Assembly: GCA_038040455.1 (NCBI GenBank)
Contig: JBBPIH010000008.1
Span: forward strand, 88,006-152,005
Direction: 5' to 3'
Source of the DNA: Acidobacteriota bacterium
Lineage (GTDB): Bacteria > Acidobacteriota > Blastocatellia > UBA7656
Length of the DNA stretch: 64,000 bases
The notes under the pieces were generated by a model. That model did not search any database. It saw nothing but the letters and a program-made list of their open reading frames with translations, and was not told the origin of the DNA. Position numbers and translations under genes: made by a program. Each line of letters opens with the position of its first letter. Position 1 is the stretch's first letter. Positions 47,390 to 58,123 of the stretch are shown here, in pieces.

Positions 47390-47860
47390 AGTGCTCACGG
47401 CTAATTCCACCAACGCAGTTGGTGGTTTGTTCATACTCGGCTTACACGGACGCGAAGCCCCGCTCCCGAATCCCACCAACGCAGTTGTTGGATTGTTCAT
47501 ACTCAGCCTTAATCTGGACTGGCGCGCGCGCCCGTCCCGAATCCCACCAACGCAGTTGGTGGATTGTTCATACTCAGCCTACATCTGGACTGCCGCGCGC
47601 CCGTCCCGAATCCCACCAACGCAGTTGGTGGATTGTTCATACCCGACCTCGGATGCAACAGCCATTCTGCAGTTCTCTAGTCCCCATCAACGCAGTTGGT
47701 AGAGGATTTGGACCCGACCTGCCAAGGCGACCTCACTGACACTTTAGGCTGGATATGAACGATCCACCAACTGCGTTGGTGGGATTCGGGACGCGCGCGC
47801 GCCAGTCCCGTTGTAGGCTGAGTATGAACGATCCACCAACTGCGTTGGTGGGATTGTGGG
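47390..47860. repeat. Family A palindromic repeat array (largest cluster, at least 7 units, both orientations)
   Basis: Units at about 47407, 47468, 47540, 47612 (forward), a degenerate one at about 47690, and inverted units at about 47752 and 47822. The inter-unit segments are similar to each other (tctggactgScgcgcgcccgtcccg). Confidence 0.6.
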
Positions 47861-48062
47861 GTAACCGTGGGTCCCTGATACTTGATTGAATAGTCACTGT
47901 GAGGGAGTGAACGATAGCGCCGATCGCAAGTCGATGCAACCCCTCATTTGAAGCTCGATCGAGGTCCTTAGACCCATCGATCTTCGTGCGCCGATCAACC
48001 TAGCAACGACGGGCCTTTTTGATATAATCCAGCCCCTATCAACGACCACGCGAAAGGACAAC

Positions 48063-48851
48063 ATGGCTGACGAAGTTATTCTTACCGAGGTATCAGACAA
48101 AGTTGCTACGCTGACTTTCAACCGGCCCGACAAGCTCAACGCGCTGAGCATGGACTTGATCGCCGGGTCCATCGACACTTTGAAGAGTTGGAGTGGCGAC
48201 GCCGAGATAGGCTGCATTGTAGTCACTGGCGCGGGCCGAGCCTTTTGTGCGGGGGGCGACGTCTCGACGATGGCTCAGGGTGACAGTGAGACGCTCGAAC
48301 AAAAGATCGACCGGCTCCGGCAAATGCAAGAGCTTAGCTGGCTGCTGTACAACATGCCCAAGGTCACGATCGCGGCGGTCAACGGCTTCGCGATGGGAGC
48401 GGGGCTTGGAGTTTGTCTAGCGTGCGATCTTCGTATCGCGTCGGATCAGGCTCGATTCGGAACGGCTTACGCGAAGGTCGGATACGGCGGCGATTTCGGA
48501 ACGACGTGGCTGCTGGCGCAATACGCGGGCGAACCCAAAGCGAAGGAGTTGTTTTTTCTCGGAGACATCATCGATGCCGCAGAAGCTCATAGGCTTGGAT
48601 TGGTCAATCGGGTTGTGCCGAGCGAGAGCTTGGACTCTGAGGTAGCCGGCATCGCGTCTCGCATCGCGCACGGGCCGCTGACAAGTTATCGGTATATGAA
48701 AGCTAACGTGAATCTGGCTCCCAGTGTGGATTTCAGGACGCTGCTGGATCGCGAAGCCGAAACTCACATGCGCTGCTCGATGACTGAGGATCATAAGGAA
48801 GGCGTGCGCGCTTTCATGGAAAAGCGCCAGCCAAAGTTTACCGGAAGGTGA
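48063..48851 (+). CDS. Enoyl-CoA hydratase/isomerase (crotonase) family protein
   Basis: Crotonase fold signatures: VTGAGRAFCAGGD and the oxyanion hole region AAVNGFAMGAGLGVCLACDLRIA. Confidence 0.85.
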   Translation: MADEVILTEVSDKVATLTFNRPDKLNALSMDLIAGSIDTLKSWSGDAEIGCIVVTGAGRAFCAGGDVSTMAQGDSETLEQKIDRLRQMQELSWLLYNMPKVTIAAVNGFAMGAGLGVCLACDLRIASDQARFGTAYAKVGYGGDFGTTWLLAQYAGEPKAKELFFLGDIIDAAEAHRLGLVNRVVPSESLDSEVAGIASRIAHGPLTSYRYMKANVNLAPSVDFRTLLDREAETHMRCSMTEDHKEGVRAFMEKRQPKFTGR

Positions 48852-48872
48852 CGAAATAGACCGCGGATGAAC

Positions 48873-48947
48873 CCTGGGAGCGCAGGCATCCCTGCCTGCC
48901 TCTTCCAGCGCAAACGCTAAGCAGGCAAGGATGCCTGCGCTCCCAGG
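48873..48947. repeat. Family D palindromic repeat, intergenic copy
   Basis: cctgggagcgcaggcatccctgcctgcc ... gcaggcaaggatgcctgcgctcccagg, the same element as at 19028-19101. Confidence 0.55.
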
Positions 48948-48993
48948 ATGGATCCGTGGTCTATTTGACGAAAGGGAGCGAGGGGGAGTTCAC

Positions 48994-49794
48994 ATGGACT
49001 TTCATGAGATCATCTATTGTAAAGAGAATCGAGTCGCAACGATAACCTTGAATCGCCCCACCAAGCTGAACGCTTATTCCGAAGTCATGGTCCACGAGAC
49101 AATTTCGGCGCTCTCTGATGCCCGCGACGACGACGAAGTGCGAGCGGTCATCATCACCGGTGCGGGACGAGGCTTCTGCTCGGGGGGTGACATAAGCCGC
49201 GATTTCCAGTACCCCACGCGCTATCGAGGGCACCGCATGGAAGCGATGCTCGAGATGCGAGAGAACATGCATCAACTGGTGATCCTTCTCCGGCGGTTCG
49301 ATAAGCCGACCATTGCCGCGGTAAACGGCGCTGCCGTCGCGGGTGGACTTACGCTCGCTCTGTGTTGCGATTTTCGCATTGCCGCTGAGAGCGCGAAGCT
49401 CGGTGATACCAGCCTCAAGTTCGCCCTGATTCCGGATGAGGGCGGCGCGTACTTGTTTCCGAAACACATGGGCTTGCAGAACGCCCTGAAGATGTCGCTC
49501 TTCTCTGAAGTCTATCCCGCCAACAAGGCGAGAGAGTTGGGCCTGGTGACCGAGGTTGTTCCCGACACGGAATTGATGCCGACCGCTCGCCGATGGGCTG
49601 AAGCTCTTGCGGATGGTCCGCCCATAGCGATACGCATGGCGAAGCGAATGATGTACAAGCAACAGACCATGGATTTGGAGAACGCCTTGGAAGACGCAGC
49701 GCTTGCGGTGATGGTGACCAACTACTGCGAGGACGTGAAGGAAGGGACCGCCGCTTTTCACCAGAAGCGGAAACCGGATTTCAAAGGACGCTAA
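48994..49794 (+). CDS. Enoyl-CoA hydratase/isomerase family protein (second paralog)
   Basis: ITGAGRGFCSGGD and AAVNGAAVAGGLTLALCCDFRIA. The start is taken as MDFHEIIY (the ORF-track start at 48931 lies inside the repeat). Confidence 0.8.
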   Translation: MDFHEIIYCKENRVATITLNRPTKLNAYSEVMVHETISALSDARDDDEVRAVIITGAGRGFCSGGDISRDFQYPTRYRGHRMEAMLEMRENMHQLVILLRRFDKPTIAAVNGAAVAGGLTLALCCDFRIAAESAKLGDTSLKFALIPDEGGAYLFPKHMGLQNALKMSLFSEVYPANKARELGLVTEVVPDTELMPTARRWAEALADGPPIAIRMAKRMMYKQQTMDLENALEDAALAVMVTNYCEDVKEGTAAFHQKRKPDFKGR

Positions 49795-49856
49795 TGGCTT
49801 TGCGGCTTTGCGACTTGGCGCGAACCTCTTCTCACGCAAAGACGCAACACTAACCC

Positions 49857-51311
49857 TTGGGAGGAACGAACGTGTCACTATCTAGAGAGCTGGCAGCGCT
49901 GGACGCAACTGCTCAGGCGGAATTGGTCCGCAAAAAAGAAGTGAAACCCATCGAACTCGTCGATGCGGCCATCGAGCGAATCGAACGCGTCAATCCCACT
50001 ATCAACGCGGTGGTCACGCCGATGTTTGATGAAGCGCGCGCGGCCGCTAACGGCGAACTGCCGGACGGGCCGTTCACCGGAGTTCCATTTCTGCTCAAAG
50101 ATCTGCTCGCTGCTTACGCCGGTGTGCCAATGACATCGGGCTCTCGATTCCTGCGCGACTTCGTTCCAACTCACGACTCGGAATTGGTCGTTCGCTACAA
50201 GCGCGCCGGTCTGATCGTCGTCGGAAAAACCAACACTCCCGAATTTGGAATTATGCCTACGACCGAGCCCGCGCTTTTTGGGCCGAGTCGGAACCCGTGG
50301 GACACAACCCGGGCGACAGGCGGCTCAAGTGGAGGCTCGGCTGCCGCCGTAGCGGCGGGCCTGGTTCCGTTCGCTCACGGCAACGACGGCGGCGGATCGA
50401 TTCGCATTCCTGCTTCGTGCTGCGGGCTGTTTGGTCTGAAACCAACTCGAGCTCGCAATCCGCTCGGTCCTGATTTCGGGGATATGTTCAGCGGCCTCGT
50501 AGCCGAGCACGCGCTCACGCGATCGGTGCGAGACAGCGCGGCGCTGCTCGACGCAACCGCCGGGCCTGACGTCGGAGATCCTTACTGGGCGCCGCCTCCC
50601 GCTCGACCGTTCCTCAAAGAAGCCGGCGCCGATCCCGGCAAGCTGCGCATTGCGTTTACGACCGCCGCGCCAAGTGGAGTAGCAATCCATCCCGACTGCG
50701 TCAACGCGGTCAATGACGCCGCCGGGCTGTGTAGCGATCTCGGCCACGAGGTTGTGGAGGCATCTCCCAAGCTGGATGGCGAGCTGATGGCTCCGATGTT
50801 CATGACTGTGTGGTCGGCTGGCTGCACGTGGACTATCGACGGTGCGGCCCACGCGTTGAAGCGGCAGCCCTCGCCGGAACATTTCGAGCCGGGAACGTGG
50901 GCGCTTTATCAGATGGGCCTCAAGCAAACCGGGTCAGGATATATGATGGCTCTCAATTGGATCCAGGCAGCGTCGCGCGACGTCGCCCGTTTCATGCTCG
51001 ACTACGATGTGTGGCTGACGCCGACTCTTGGAGAACCGCCGCTACGCCTTGGCAGCTTCGACGCACAGCCCGAGCACCCGATGGCAGGTATGGCCAGGGC
51101 AGTGCAGTTCGTTCCATTCACTCCTGTATGTAATATGACTGGTCAGCCGGCGATGTCGGTGCCGCTATTCTGGAATGATCAAGGCTTGCCCGTTGGAACT
51201 CACTTCGTCGGGCGCTTCGGCGATGAAGCGACGCTGTTCCGGCTTGCGGCTCAGCTTGAAGCGGCGCGCTCGTGGGCGAATCGCCGCCCGCCGGTGAGCG
51301 CCGCTCAATAG
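49857..51311 (+). CDS. Amidase (amidase-signature family)
   Basis: AS signature [36 protein letters not shown] with the catalytic Ser-cisSer-Lys arrangement. Confidence 0.85.
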   Translation: MGGTNVSLSRELAALDATAQAELVRKKEVKPIELVDAAIERIERVNPTINAVVTPMFDEARAAANGELPDGPFTGVPFLLKDLLAAYAGVPMTSGSRFLRDFVPTHDSELVVRYKRAGLIVVGKTNTPEFGIMPTTEPALFGPSRNPWDTTRATGGSSGGSAAAVAAGLVPFAHGNDGGGSIRIPASCCGLFGLKPTRARNPLGPDFGDMFSGLVAEHALTRSVRDSAALLDATAGPDVGDPYWAPPPARPFLKEAGADPGKLRIAFTTAAPSGVAIHPDCVNAVNDAAGLCSDLGHEVVEASPKLDGELMAPMFMTVWSAGCTWTIDGAAHALKRQPSPEHFEPGTWALYQMGLKQTGSGYMMALNWIQAASRDVARFMLDYDVWLTPTLGEPPLRLGSFDAQPEHPMAGMARAVQFVPFTPVCNMTGQPAMSVPLFWNDQGLPVGTHFVGRFGDEATLFRLAAQLEAARSWANRRPPVSAAQ

Positions 51312-51327
51312 TTCTCAGGCAGCGGCT

Positions 51328-51783
51328 ATGACACTGATCCTTGATTATCACTCGCTGCTTCAAGTGACGATCGAAGAGGCCCATCAAGGACTGGCCGAAG
51401 GTGGCATTCCGATTGGCGCGGCAGTATTCGACATTCAAGGCAATCTACTGGGGAGAGGCCACAACCGCCGAGTTCAAGATAACGATCCATCGGTGCACGG
51501 CGAGACCGATGCTTTTCGAAAGGCTGGCCGGCAACGCACCTACCGCGACAAGATAATGGTTACGACGCTCGCGCCTTGCTGGTATTGCAGCGGGCTGATC
51601 CGCCAATTCAACATCGGAATGGTTGTAGTCGGCGAGTCGGTCAACTTTCAAGGTGGACTCAACTGGCTTCGAGACAGCGGTGTCGAGGTCATAGACCTGG
51701 CATCACAGGAGTGTGCGGATTTGTTGGCCGGCTACATCGCCGAGCATCCGGCAGTTTGGAACGAAGATATCGGTGAATATTAG
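51328..51783 (+). CDS. CMP/dCMP-type nucleoside deaminase (cytidine/guanine/tRNA-adenosine deaminase superfamily)
   Basis: Zinc-binding HGE (HGETDAF) and PCxxC (LAPCWYCSG) motifs. Length 151 aa. Confidence 0.7.
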   Translation: MTLILDYHSLLQVTIEEAHQGLAEGGIPIGAAVFDIQGNLLGRGHNRRVQDNDPSVHGETDAFRKAGRQRTYRDKIMVTTLAPCWYCSGLIRQFNIGMVVVGESVNFQGGLNWLRDSGVEVIDLASQECADLLAGYIAEHPAVWNEDIGEY

Positions 51784-51885
51784 TTAGATCCCATGCATCT
51801 GATATCTTATTATGTAGGCCAAGCCAGATACGTCTGTTGACGTGGTTCTGAGTAGATCAAGAGAAGTTGTTCCGCTAATGGAGAT

Positions 51886-52746
51886 ATGGAAATCATCCGC
51901 ATACTAAACAATCGTGAAATAGCAGTAGTAATATGGCTATCGCTTCTCTTCCTTTGGGCACTATCCATTAGTTCTGTTAAACATTCTTTTTTTGGCTTTT
52001 TAAAGGCATTCTTTGTCAAAACAATTATTGTACCCCTCGCAGTAATGCTACTCTACGTCCTTCTAATGGTTCTGGTTTCCAAAAGAATAGGGTTTTGGGA
52101 TACATCGGCATTGAAAGATACGATTCTTTGGACGGTAGGTGCCTTTGCAACGTTCTTAAGTTTGAATAAAGTCGTTGGAGATGAGAGTTTTTTTAGGAAC
52201 GCTATTTTGGATAACCTCAAATTGGTTTTGATACTTGAGTTTATTGTCAATCTGTATTCTTTCAACCTCATCCTTGAATTAGTATTAGTGCCGATTGTCA
52301 CTTTCATTGTACTGCTGAACTTGGTTGCAGAATCGAAACCAGAATACAAGCACGTAAGGATTGTCCTCGCTTATGCTTTAGGCCTTTTCGGCCTTGTGCT
52401 TATTGTTTTCACATTCCGAGAGCTCTCTGTTGATTTGCAAAACTTTGCTACTCTTGATAAGACGCTAAGGGATTTCTTATTACCAGCGCTCTTTACGATT
52501 GTCTTCTTGCCCTATGTTTATTTGATGGCGTTATACATGCAGTATGAAAGACTCTTTCTTCGTATAGATTTTGCTAATGCAAATGCAGAGCTTGCGAGAT
52601 ATGCGAAACGGAAGATTCTTCAGGCCTGCCATCTTAATTTGTCAAAAGTAAACAAATGCTCGAAAAATGGAGGACTGCCGAAACTAAACGGTAAGGATGA
52701 TGTACTAGCCTTAATAAGAACGGCACTAAGTCCAACAGGCGCTTAA
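51886..52746 (+). CDS. Multi-pass membrane protein of unknown function in a sharply AT-rich (foreign-looking) segment
   Basis: At least six hydrophobic helices (IAVVIWLSLLFLWAL, IIVPLAVMLLYVLLMVLV, ILWTVGAFATFL, LVLILEFIVNLYSFNLILELVLVPIVTFIVLL, LAYALGLFGLVLIVF, LLPALFTIVFLPYVYLMALY). Codon usage and GC (about 35-40%) differ strongly from neighbouring genes. Confidence 0.5.
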   Translation: MEIIRILNNREIAVVIWLSLLFLWALSISSVKHSFFGFLKAFFVKTIIVPLAVMLLYVLLMVLVSKRIGFWDTSALKDTILWTVGAFATFLSLNKVVGDESFFRNAILDNLKLVLILEFIVNLYSFNLILELVLVPIVTFIVLLNLVAESKPEYKHVRIVLAYALGLFGLVLIVFTFRELSVDLQNFATLDKTLRDFLLPALFTIVFLPYVYLMALYMQYERLFLRIDFANANAELARYAKRKILQACHLNLSKVNKCSKNGGLPKLNGKDDVLALIRTALSPTGA

Positions 52747-52988
52747 CTGTTCAATACAACAGACGGGCATCTCCACCGAAACTGCCGAGGTGAATGACAT
52801 TCAGGAGTACACCCGTCGAAGGCGAGAATCGTGCAAGTTGGGACGGACGGAGAGGACCCGAAGGCGGGCTGGCGACTTTCTAGTCGCCTGATTGATCGCG
52901 CCGTGCCACCGAAGTAGAAGCGCGGCCCTAACAAACAGCTTAAGGAGACCGGACCCGCTCAGACCAGCTTTGCCCCTGGCGCTTAGAC

Positions 52989-53669
52989 TTATCTCAAGTG
53001 CTCGCCGAAAAACTTCAACACGCGACTCCACGCATCTTTCGCCGCAGCCTCGTCGTAGACTTCGGCTCGCCCATCGTTAAAAAACCCGTGATCGGCATCC
53101 GGATAGATGTGAATCTCGGCTGATTTGCCGAGCGCTTTTAACTGCCGCTCCAATTCGCGCACCGACTCCGGCGTTACAAAGCCATCACGCCCAGCGTAGA
53201 GTCCGAGCACAGGCGCTTGAAGCTTCGCCAGGTCAGGCTTCACGTTCGGGTGTCCGCCGTAGAAAATCACGCACGCCCCAACCTGCGGGTTCTTAGTCGC
53301 CGCGTACAGTGAAAGCGCGCCTCCCATGCAGAAACCAACTGTGCCAACTTTATCGCCGGTGGTCGCTTCGTGATTGAGCAAGAACTGAGCAGCGCCGCGC
53401 AGGTCTCTTTCGGCTTCGTCGATGCGCATTGCCATCATCATCTTGCCCGCTTCGTCAGGCGAAGTAGTCGACTTGCCGTGATAAAGATCGGGCGCCAGCG
53501 CGACGAAGCCCTCCGCCGCGAATCGATCGCACACGTCTTTGATGTGTGGAACCAGGCCCCACCATTCCTGTATCACAATCACACCGGGTCCTTTTCCCGA
53601 CGCAGGCGTAGCCAGATAGCCACTCGCACTGCCACCGTTGCTCGAGAACTCAACCATTTGTCCCGCCAT
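52989..53669 (-). CDS. Dienelactone hydrolase family protein
   Basis: alpha/beta hydrolase with nucleophile elbow GFCMGGAL and a DLH-like layout. Length 226 aa. Confidence 0.75.
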   Translation of the reverse strand: MAGQMVEFSSNGGSASGYLATPASGKGPGVIVIQEWWGLVPHIKDVCDRFAAEGFVALAPDLYHGKSTTSPDEAGKMMMAMRIDEAERDLRGAAQFLLNHEATTGDKVGTVGFCMGGALSLYAATKNPQVGACVIFYGGHPNVKPDLAKLQAPVLGLYAGRDGFVTPESVRELERQLKALGKSAEIHIYPDADHGFFNDGRAEVYDEAAAKDAWSRVLKFFGEHLR

Positions 53670-53770
53670 AAGACCTCCCGTTGAATGTATTGTAAGACGC
53701 AGCCGAGTTTAGTTTACCTGGGTTAGCAGTTCAACTCGTAGGATTGTCAACCGAGGCGTCGCGCGCTCCT

Positions 53771-54370
53771 TCAGTCTTCAAACCGCCCACCAGTGACCAT
53801 CACTCCATCCCAACGGTTCGCGGTGTCGAGATGAATCTCGAACTGATCCAGAATGCGAATCACGATGTGATTGACGATGTCGTCAATCGTCTGTGGGTGA
53901 TTGTAAAAAGCAGGCACCGGCGGGATTATCACTACCCCCATGCGCGATAGTTTCAACATGTTTTCGAGGTGAATGTCATTGACCGGTGCTTCGCGAACCA
54001 CAAGCACTAGCTTTCGTCGCTCTTTGAGGATCACGTCCGCGGCGCGATGAAGCAGGTTGTCCCCGTGCCCGTTCGCAATCGCGGCCAGTGTCCTTACGCT
54101 ACAGGGAGCGACGACCATACCTTTGGTAAGAAACGAACCGCTCGAAATCGCGGCCCCCTGATCGCCGCTGGGATAGTAGCAACCGGACATCTGCTGCACC
54201 TCTTCCACGGTGTACGGCGTCTCGTGAAGCAATGTGCGGCTGCCCCACTTGCTCATCACCAGATGCGTCTCAATGCCGGAGCCTTGTAGCATCTGCAGGA
54301 GCCTGACGCCAAAGATCGTGCCGGTCGCTCCGCTAATGCCGACAATGAGTTTCTCGCCTGTATTCTCCAT
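53771..54370 (-). CDS. ubiX: Flavin prenyltransferase UbiX
   Basis: LIVGISGATG N-terminal flavoprotein motif and 199 aa, the typical UbiX/Pad1 length. Confidence 0.9.
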   Translation of the reverse strand: MENTGEKLIVGISGATGTIFGVRLLQMLQGSGIETHLVMSKWGSRTLLHETPYTVEEVQQMSGCYYPSGDQGAAISSGSFLTKGMVVAPCSVRTLAAIANGHGDNLLHRAADVILKERRKLVLVVREAPVNDIHLENMLKLSRMGVVIIPPVPAFYNHPQTIDDIVNHIVIRILDQFEIHLDTANRWDGVMVTGGRFED

Positions 54371-54564
54371 TATCTAAAAGATCCTCTATCTCGATCACCT
54401 TGTACAGAAGCTCTTCTCAGCGCCCCCGGCTTCGCGTATTTCGTCAGGGTCTGCAAGCTACCCGGACCCTCGCCGCTTCTCTATACTAAGCCAGAAAACG
54501 GAAAGTTAACATCTATCTATCGGACAGTACCCCTTAGTTCCGTGAGCTTCAGCGAGCGTCGAAG

Positions 54565-55548
54565 TTATTCCGATAGATATCCGCGGGGATGTTTTAGCCG
54601 CCACTCCCAGTCCGTGCGAATGATCGAAGCCAGATCCGTGTAGGCCGGTTCCCACCCAAGAACTGCGCGCGCCCTATCGGCATTGGCGACCAGCTGAGAG
54701 GGGTCGCCCGGCCGCGGCGGCTCGAACCTGGTTACGATAGTCAGTCCGGTCACTTGCCGAGCGGTGTCGATCACTTCTAACACAGAATAGCCCTGACCGG
54801 TCCCCAGATTGATACATTCAGATCTACCCCCGCCCCGGAGATAGTTCAGCGCAAGAATATGCGCCGCTCCCAAATCAGCGACGTGGGTGTAGTCGCGGAC
54901 CGCTGTACCGTCGGGTGTCGGATAATTATTGCCAAAAACAGATACCGAAGAAAGCCTTCCTTGCGCCGCCAACACCACGTTCGGGATGAGATGAGTTTCC
55001 GGCTCGTGGTGCTCACCAAGCCGCTCGGTCGCGCCGGCAGCGTTGAAGTAACGCAGCGAAGCGAACTTCATTCCGGACTCGCGGTCGCAGCTCTCGAGAA
55101 TGCGCTCCATCAAGAGCTTTGACCAGCCGTAGGGATTAGATGGCTGCTGAGGGTGCTGCTCTGAAATCGGCACTTGCTGCGGTTCGCCGTAGGTGGCACA
55201 GCTGGACGAAAACACGACCCGATCCACCCCAGCATCTAGTAAGGTATCAAACAGTGCGACCCCTTGCTCGACGTTGTTCTCGAAATAGCGCGCCGGCTCG
55301 GCGACGGATTCGCCCACGTAAGCGAACGCCGCGAAATGAATGCAGGCTTCGATGTCGTGCGCGCGGGTGATGCGAGCCACGAGTTCGCGATCGCCGACGT
55401 TCCCCTTATAGAAAGGTATGTCGCGCGCAACCGCCCCGCCATGTCCCCGCGAGAGGTTGTCCAGGATAACGACCTGCTCGCCGCGCTTGCGCAGCAGCTC
55501 GACGGTCACGCTGCCAATGTAGCCGGCGCCGCCCGTAACGAGGATCAT
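54565..55548 (-). CDS. galE: UDP-glucose 4-epimerase
   Basis: Rossmann motif [12 protein letters not shown] and catalytic YGWSK (YxxxK). Length 327 aa. Confidence 0.9.
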   Translation of the reverse strand: MILVTGGAGYIGSVTVELLRKRGEQVVILDNLSRGHGGAVARDIPFYKGNVGDRELVARITRAHDIEACIHFAAFAYVGESVAEPARYFENNVEQGVALFDTLLDAGVDRVVFSSSCATYGEPQQVPISEQHPQQPSNPYGWSKLLMERILESCDRESGMKFASLRYFNAAGATERLGEHHEPETHLIPNVVLAAQGRLSSVSVFGNNYPTPDGTAVRDYTHVADLGAAHILALNYLRGGGRSECINLGTGQGYSVLEVIDTARQVTGLTIVTRFEPPRPGDPSQLVANADRARAVLGWEPAYTDLASIIRTDWEWRLKHPRGYLSE

Positions 55549-55770
55549 CGTTGATTCCCTTCCCTATCACCGGATTGTGAGCTTGTTTTCAGAGAACCAT
55601 GCCGATTGAGCGCCGATAGCCTGGAGTCGAACTAGCGGGCGGCAAGCAATCTGCGTATGAAGAATCGAAGCATCCGAGGTTCTATTGTTGAGTTCGACAG
55701 GTCAGAAGCGGCCCTTTGCAGGCGAGATTGCATTCTTTCCAAAAGAGAACCATGTCTCGCGCGACGGACT

Positions 55771-55847
55771 CGGGGGAATATGGTAGCGGCGGGAGGACTT
55801 GAACCTCCGACCTTGGGGTTATGAATCCCACGCTCTAACCACCTGAG
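55771..55847 (-). tRNA. tRNA with CAU anticodon (tRNA-Met; possibly tRNA-Ile2 if lysidine-modified)
   Basis: Reverse complement GGCGGCGTAGCTCAGGTGGTTAGAGCGTGGGATTCATAACCCCAAGGTCGGAGGTTCAAGTCCTCCCGCCGCTACCA folds as a cloverleaf: 7-bp acceptor stem, anticodon loop TTCATAA and T-arm GGAGG/CCTCC with loop TTCAAGT. The CCA end is encoded. Confidence 0.8.
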
Positions 55848-55891
55848 CTACGCCGCCATATCCTTTACTATCTATTACTTACGCGCTTGGC

Positions 55892-56971
55892 TCACTCTGT
55901 CTTTTCGAGCCTTTGTGGCATATTTGTGGCAGGTTTTTCTTTGCCACGCCTCACAGCCGCATCTACCGCCCTGCGTTTGCCGTCATCAGTCGCATGAACA
56001 TAGCGCATGGTTGTCCCTATGTCCACGTGACCCATCACCTCTCTAACCGCGCTCACCGGAGCACCCCCGTCGACTGCCCGAGTGCCAAAGGTGTGGCGCA
56101 AGTCATGAAACCGCAGGTCAGTTATTCCGGCATCGCGCAGCGCGTTGCGCCAGGCCGTCTTAACATCTTTGATCGGACTACCAGTTCGGGAGTTCCCAAA
56201 GAGGTAGCCGGATTCCTTAGCATATTCGCAGAGCCTATGGAGCAGCGGCTTCAAATCGGGGTGAATCGGGACACTGCGAGGCTTCCCTGACTTAGTAGCC
56301 GAAGTCAGTTCGATGGAGTCTCTAACCGCATCGATCTGGCTCTTATGCAAAGACAGGATCTCAGTCCGTCTCATCCCGGTATGCAGACCAATGAGAACGA
56401 TGTCCATCAAGTGGCGGCGCCGCCCATCGAGTACCGCGAACAGTCGTTGCTCCTCATCAGGTTTGAGATATCTCAGAACCTGATTGCCCGTCCCAAGCAT
56501 TTTTATGCGCATGCATGGGTTTACTTCGACCTCGCCACGCTCAATAGCCAGGCTAAAGATTCGGGAGAGCAGCTGAATTTCCCGATCGACCGACGCCGGC
56601 GATCGGGAACCACCTCGCCCATTGGTTGTCTGCCGCCTGTGCTGTCGGAACTGCTCCACGTTGAACCTGCTGATCTCTCGCATCTTCTTAATCTTGAAGT
56701 ACGCGAGAATTGCTTTCGACCGGGATCGGTCATTCTTCCAAGATCGCTTCTCTGACTTAGCCCACGGCAGGTAAACCCGCTCAACAAAATCCTTCAGAGT
56801 GATGTTGCTTGGTTCACCACCGTAACGCCCGCTGAAGATTGACTCCCTGGTCATGGCTTCTGCTTGTTCGGCTTGCCACTTGGTACGAGCTTCTGGAATC
56901 GCCCGCCCGTATCGCACGCCGCGAATTGAGAATCGGTAATACCATTTCTGGTTTCGTTTATAGACCGGCAT
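55892..56971 (-). mobile_element. int: Tyrosine-type site-specific integrase (phage integrase family)
   Basis: C-terminal catalytic motifs HDLRHTFGTRAVDGG...VREVMGHVDIGTTMRYVH (R...HxxR...Y). An N-terminal SAM-like domain is present. It lies 44 nt from the tRNA. Confidence 0.85.
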
Positions 56972-57329
56972 CGAGATCCTTCCTTTCTCGATTCATAGCC
57001 AGCCGGCTCAGGGTGATTTTACCCGTAGTCGCAACCGACAGTCTATGCGCTGGATGGGTATCGGGCTGAGGCAGTGTCCAGCTAATCAGCTCGGACAGGA
57101 GAAAGATTGGCCTTCCCCCGGCATACCGCACTGGAATCTTTCCTTGGGAGATCCAGGTCGACACAGTCTTAGGCTTGACTCGTAAAAGCTCGGCCGCCTC
57201 TTCCACTTCAAGAAACACGATCTGCAGCAACTTCAGGATCTGTTTCGCGGTCATTCTACGAGAGAGGATATTCGCGACTTCGGTTGCTATCTCGTCCAAT
57301 TCGTTCGCGGGATACTGATTATCGAACAT
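56958..57329 (-). CDS. Excisionase/AlpA-like helix-turn-helix DNA-binding protein
   Basis: LLRVKPKTVSTWISQGKIPVRYAGGRPIF matches the excisionase-family HTH. It overlaps the integrase start, as xis-int pairs do. Confidence 0.5.
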   Translation of the reverse strand: MFDNQYPANELDEIATEVANILSRRMTAKQILKLLQIVFLEVEEAAELLRVKPKTVSTWISQGKIPVRYAGGRPIFLLSELISWTLPQPDTHPAHRLSVATTGKITLSRLAMNRERKDLDAGL

Positions 57330-57545
57330 GCGAATTGCTCCAGACTATCGCTTCCGAGGCATCCCAAACCTTCCGGTCCAACAATATGGCCCGATTAGAG
57401 ATGCGACAGAGCATGCGCCAGGAGAAGATGATTATAGCAGACGCATAGTTTTTGTCTATACATCTATTCAGGGATGCATTTTGGAGGTGTGAAGTCGGGT
57501 TTCTGAGAACAGGGAATGTCTTTCTAGGCGCTTGTCCGCTTGTTT

Positions 57546-57944
57546 CTAGGATCGTGACCTTGGGGCGTTAGATTTGCGCTGCACTTTTCTCTGAGCTTTG
57601 ATTTCCTTCAGCGCCGCTTCGAACCGTGAGCGGTCACGCTCCTGTTCAACTCTGATTTCTTCTGCTGCATATTGGCTGACCAGGCCGCTCTTAGTGGTTC
57701 CACGTAGGAGAGCGACCGACGCAAAGCCCTCATCCAGGTCCTGTCTGATTCTCACCGTCATTGTTAGGCGCCTACGCTGCTCAGTTGGTAGTTTTGGCCT
57801 GGCCATCCCAGTTCCTCCTCCGTCGGCAGATTGATCGCCGGCTATTTTGCCCGCTATTGCCGGAACACTGATTCCTCGGAGTATACGGCGCGCGCGCTTG
57901 GCGTGCAACACAAAACAGCGTGCATCTAGTTGGTGCCTAGTCAA
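57546..57944 (-). CDS. Hypothetical protein (possible small DNA-binding protein of the integrative element)
   Basis: Basic protein. An internal start MARPKLPTEQRRRL is plausible. No firm motif. Confidence 0.3.
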   Translation of the reverse strand: MTRHQLDARCFVLHAKRARRILRGISVPAIAGKIAGDQSADGGGTGMARPKLPTEQRRRLTMTVRIRQDLDEGFASVALLRGTTKSGLVSQYAAEEIRVEQERDRSRFEAALKEIKAQRKVQRKSNAPRSRS

Positions 57945-58123
57945 AAACTATAATTTGCACTTGAAGTTGAATCGTGATTTATGTAATATCCGCGAGTACG
58001 GTTTTTGCCTATACAAAAACGCAACAACTCAGAAGGATGCGTTCGGCCCGCCGTCAACCATAGCGGGCTGACTCGGCTAGCTGTAGGACGCCGTGAAAGC
58101 GCGAAGGCTCACGCGAGGAGACT

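Noticed and set aside
47390-47860. Possible CRISPR array (regularly spaced about 45-nt repeats with 20-35-nt spacers); likewise at 20270-20480 and 37370-37590
   Set aside because: Repeat units occur in both orientations within a single array. The spacers are nearly identical to one another, not unique. The repeats are strongly palindromic with conserved composite flanks. No cas genes are nearby. This is consistent with REP/BIME/MITE elements, not CRISPR.
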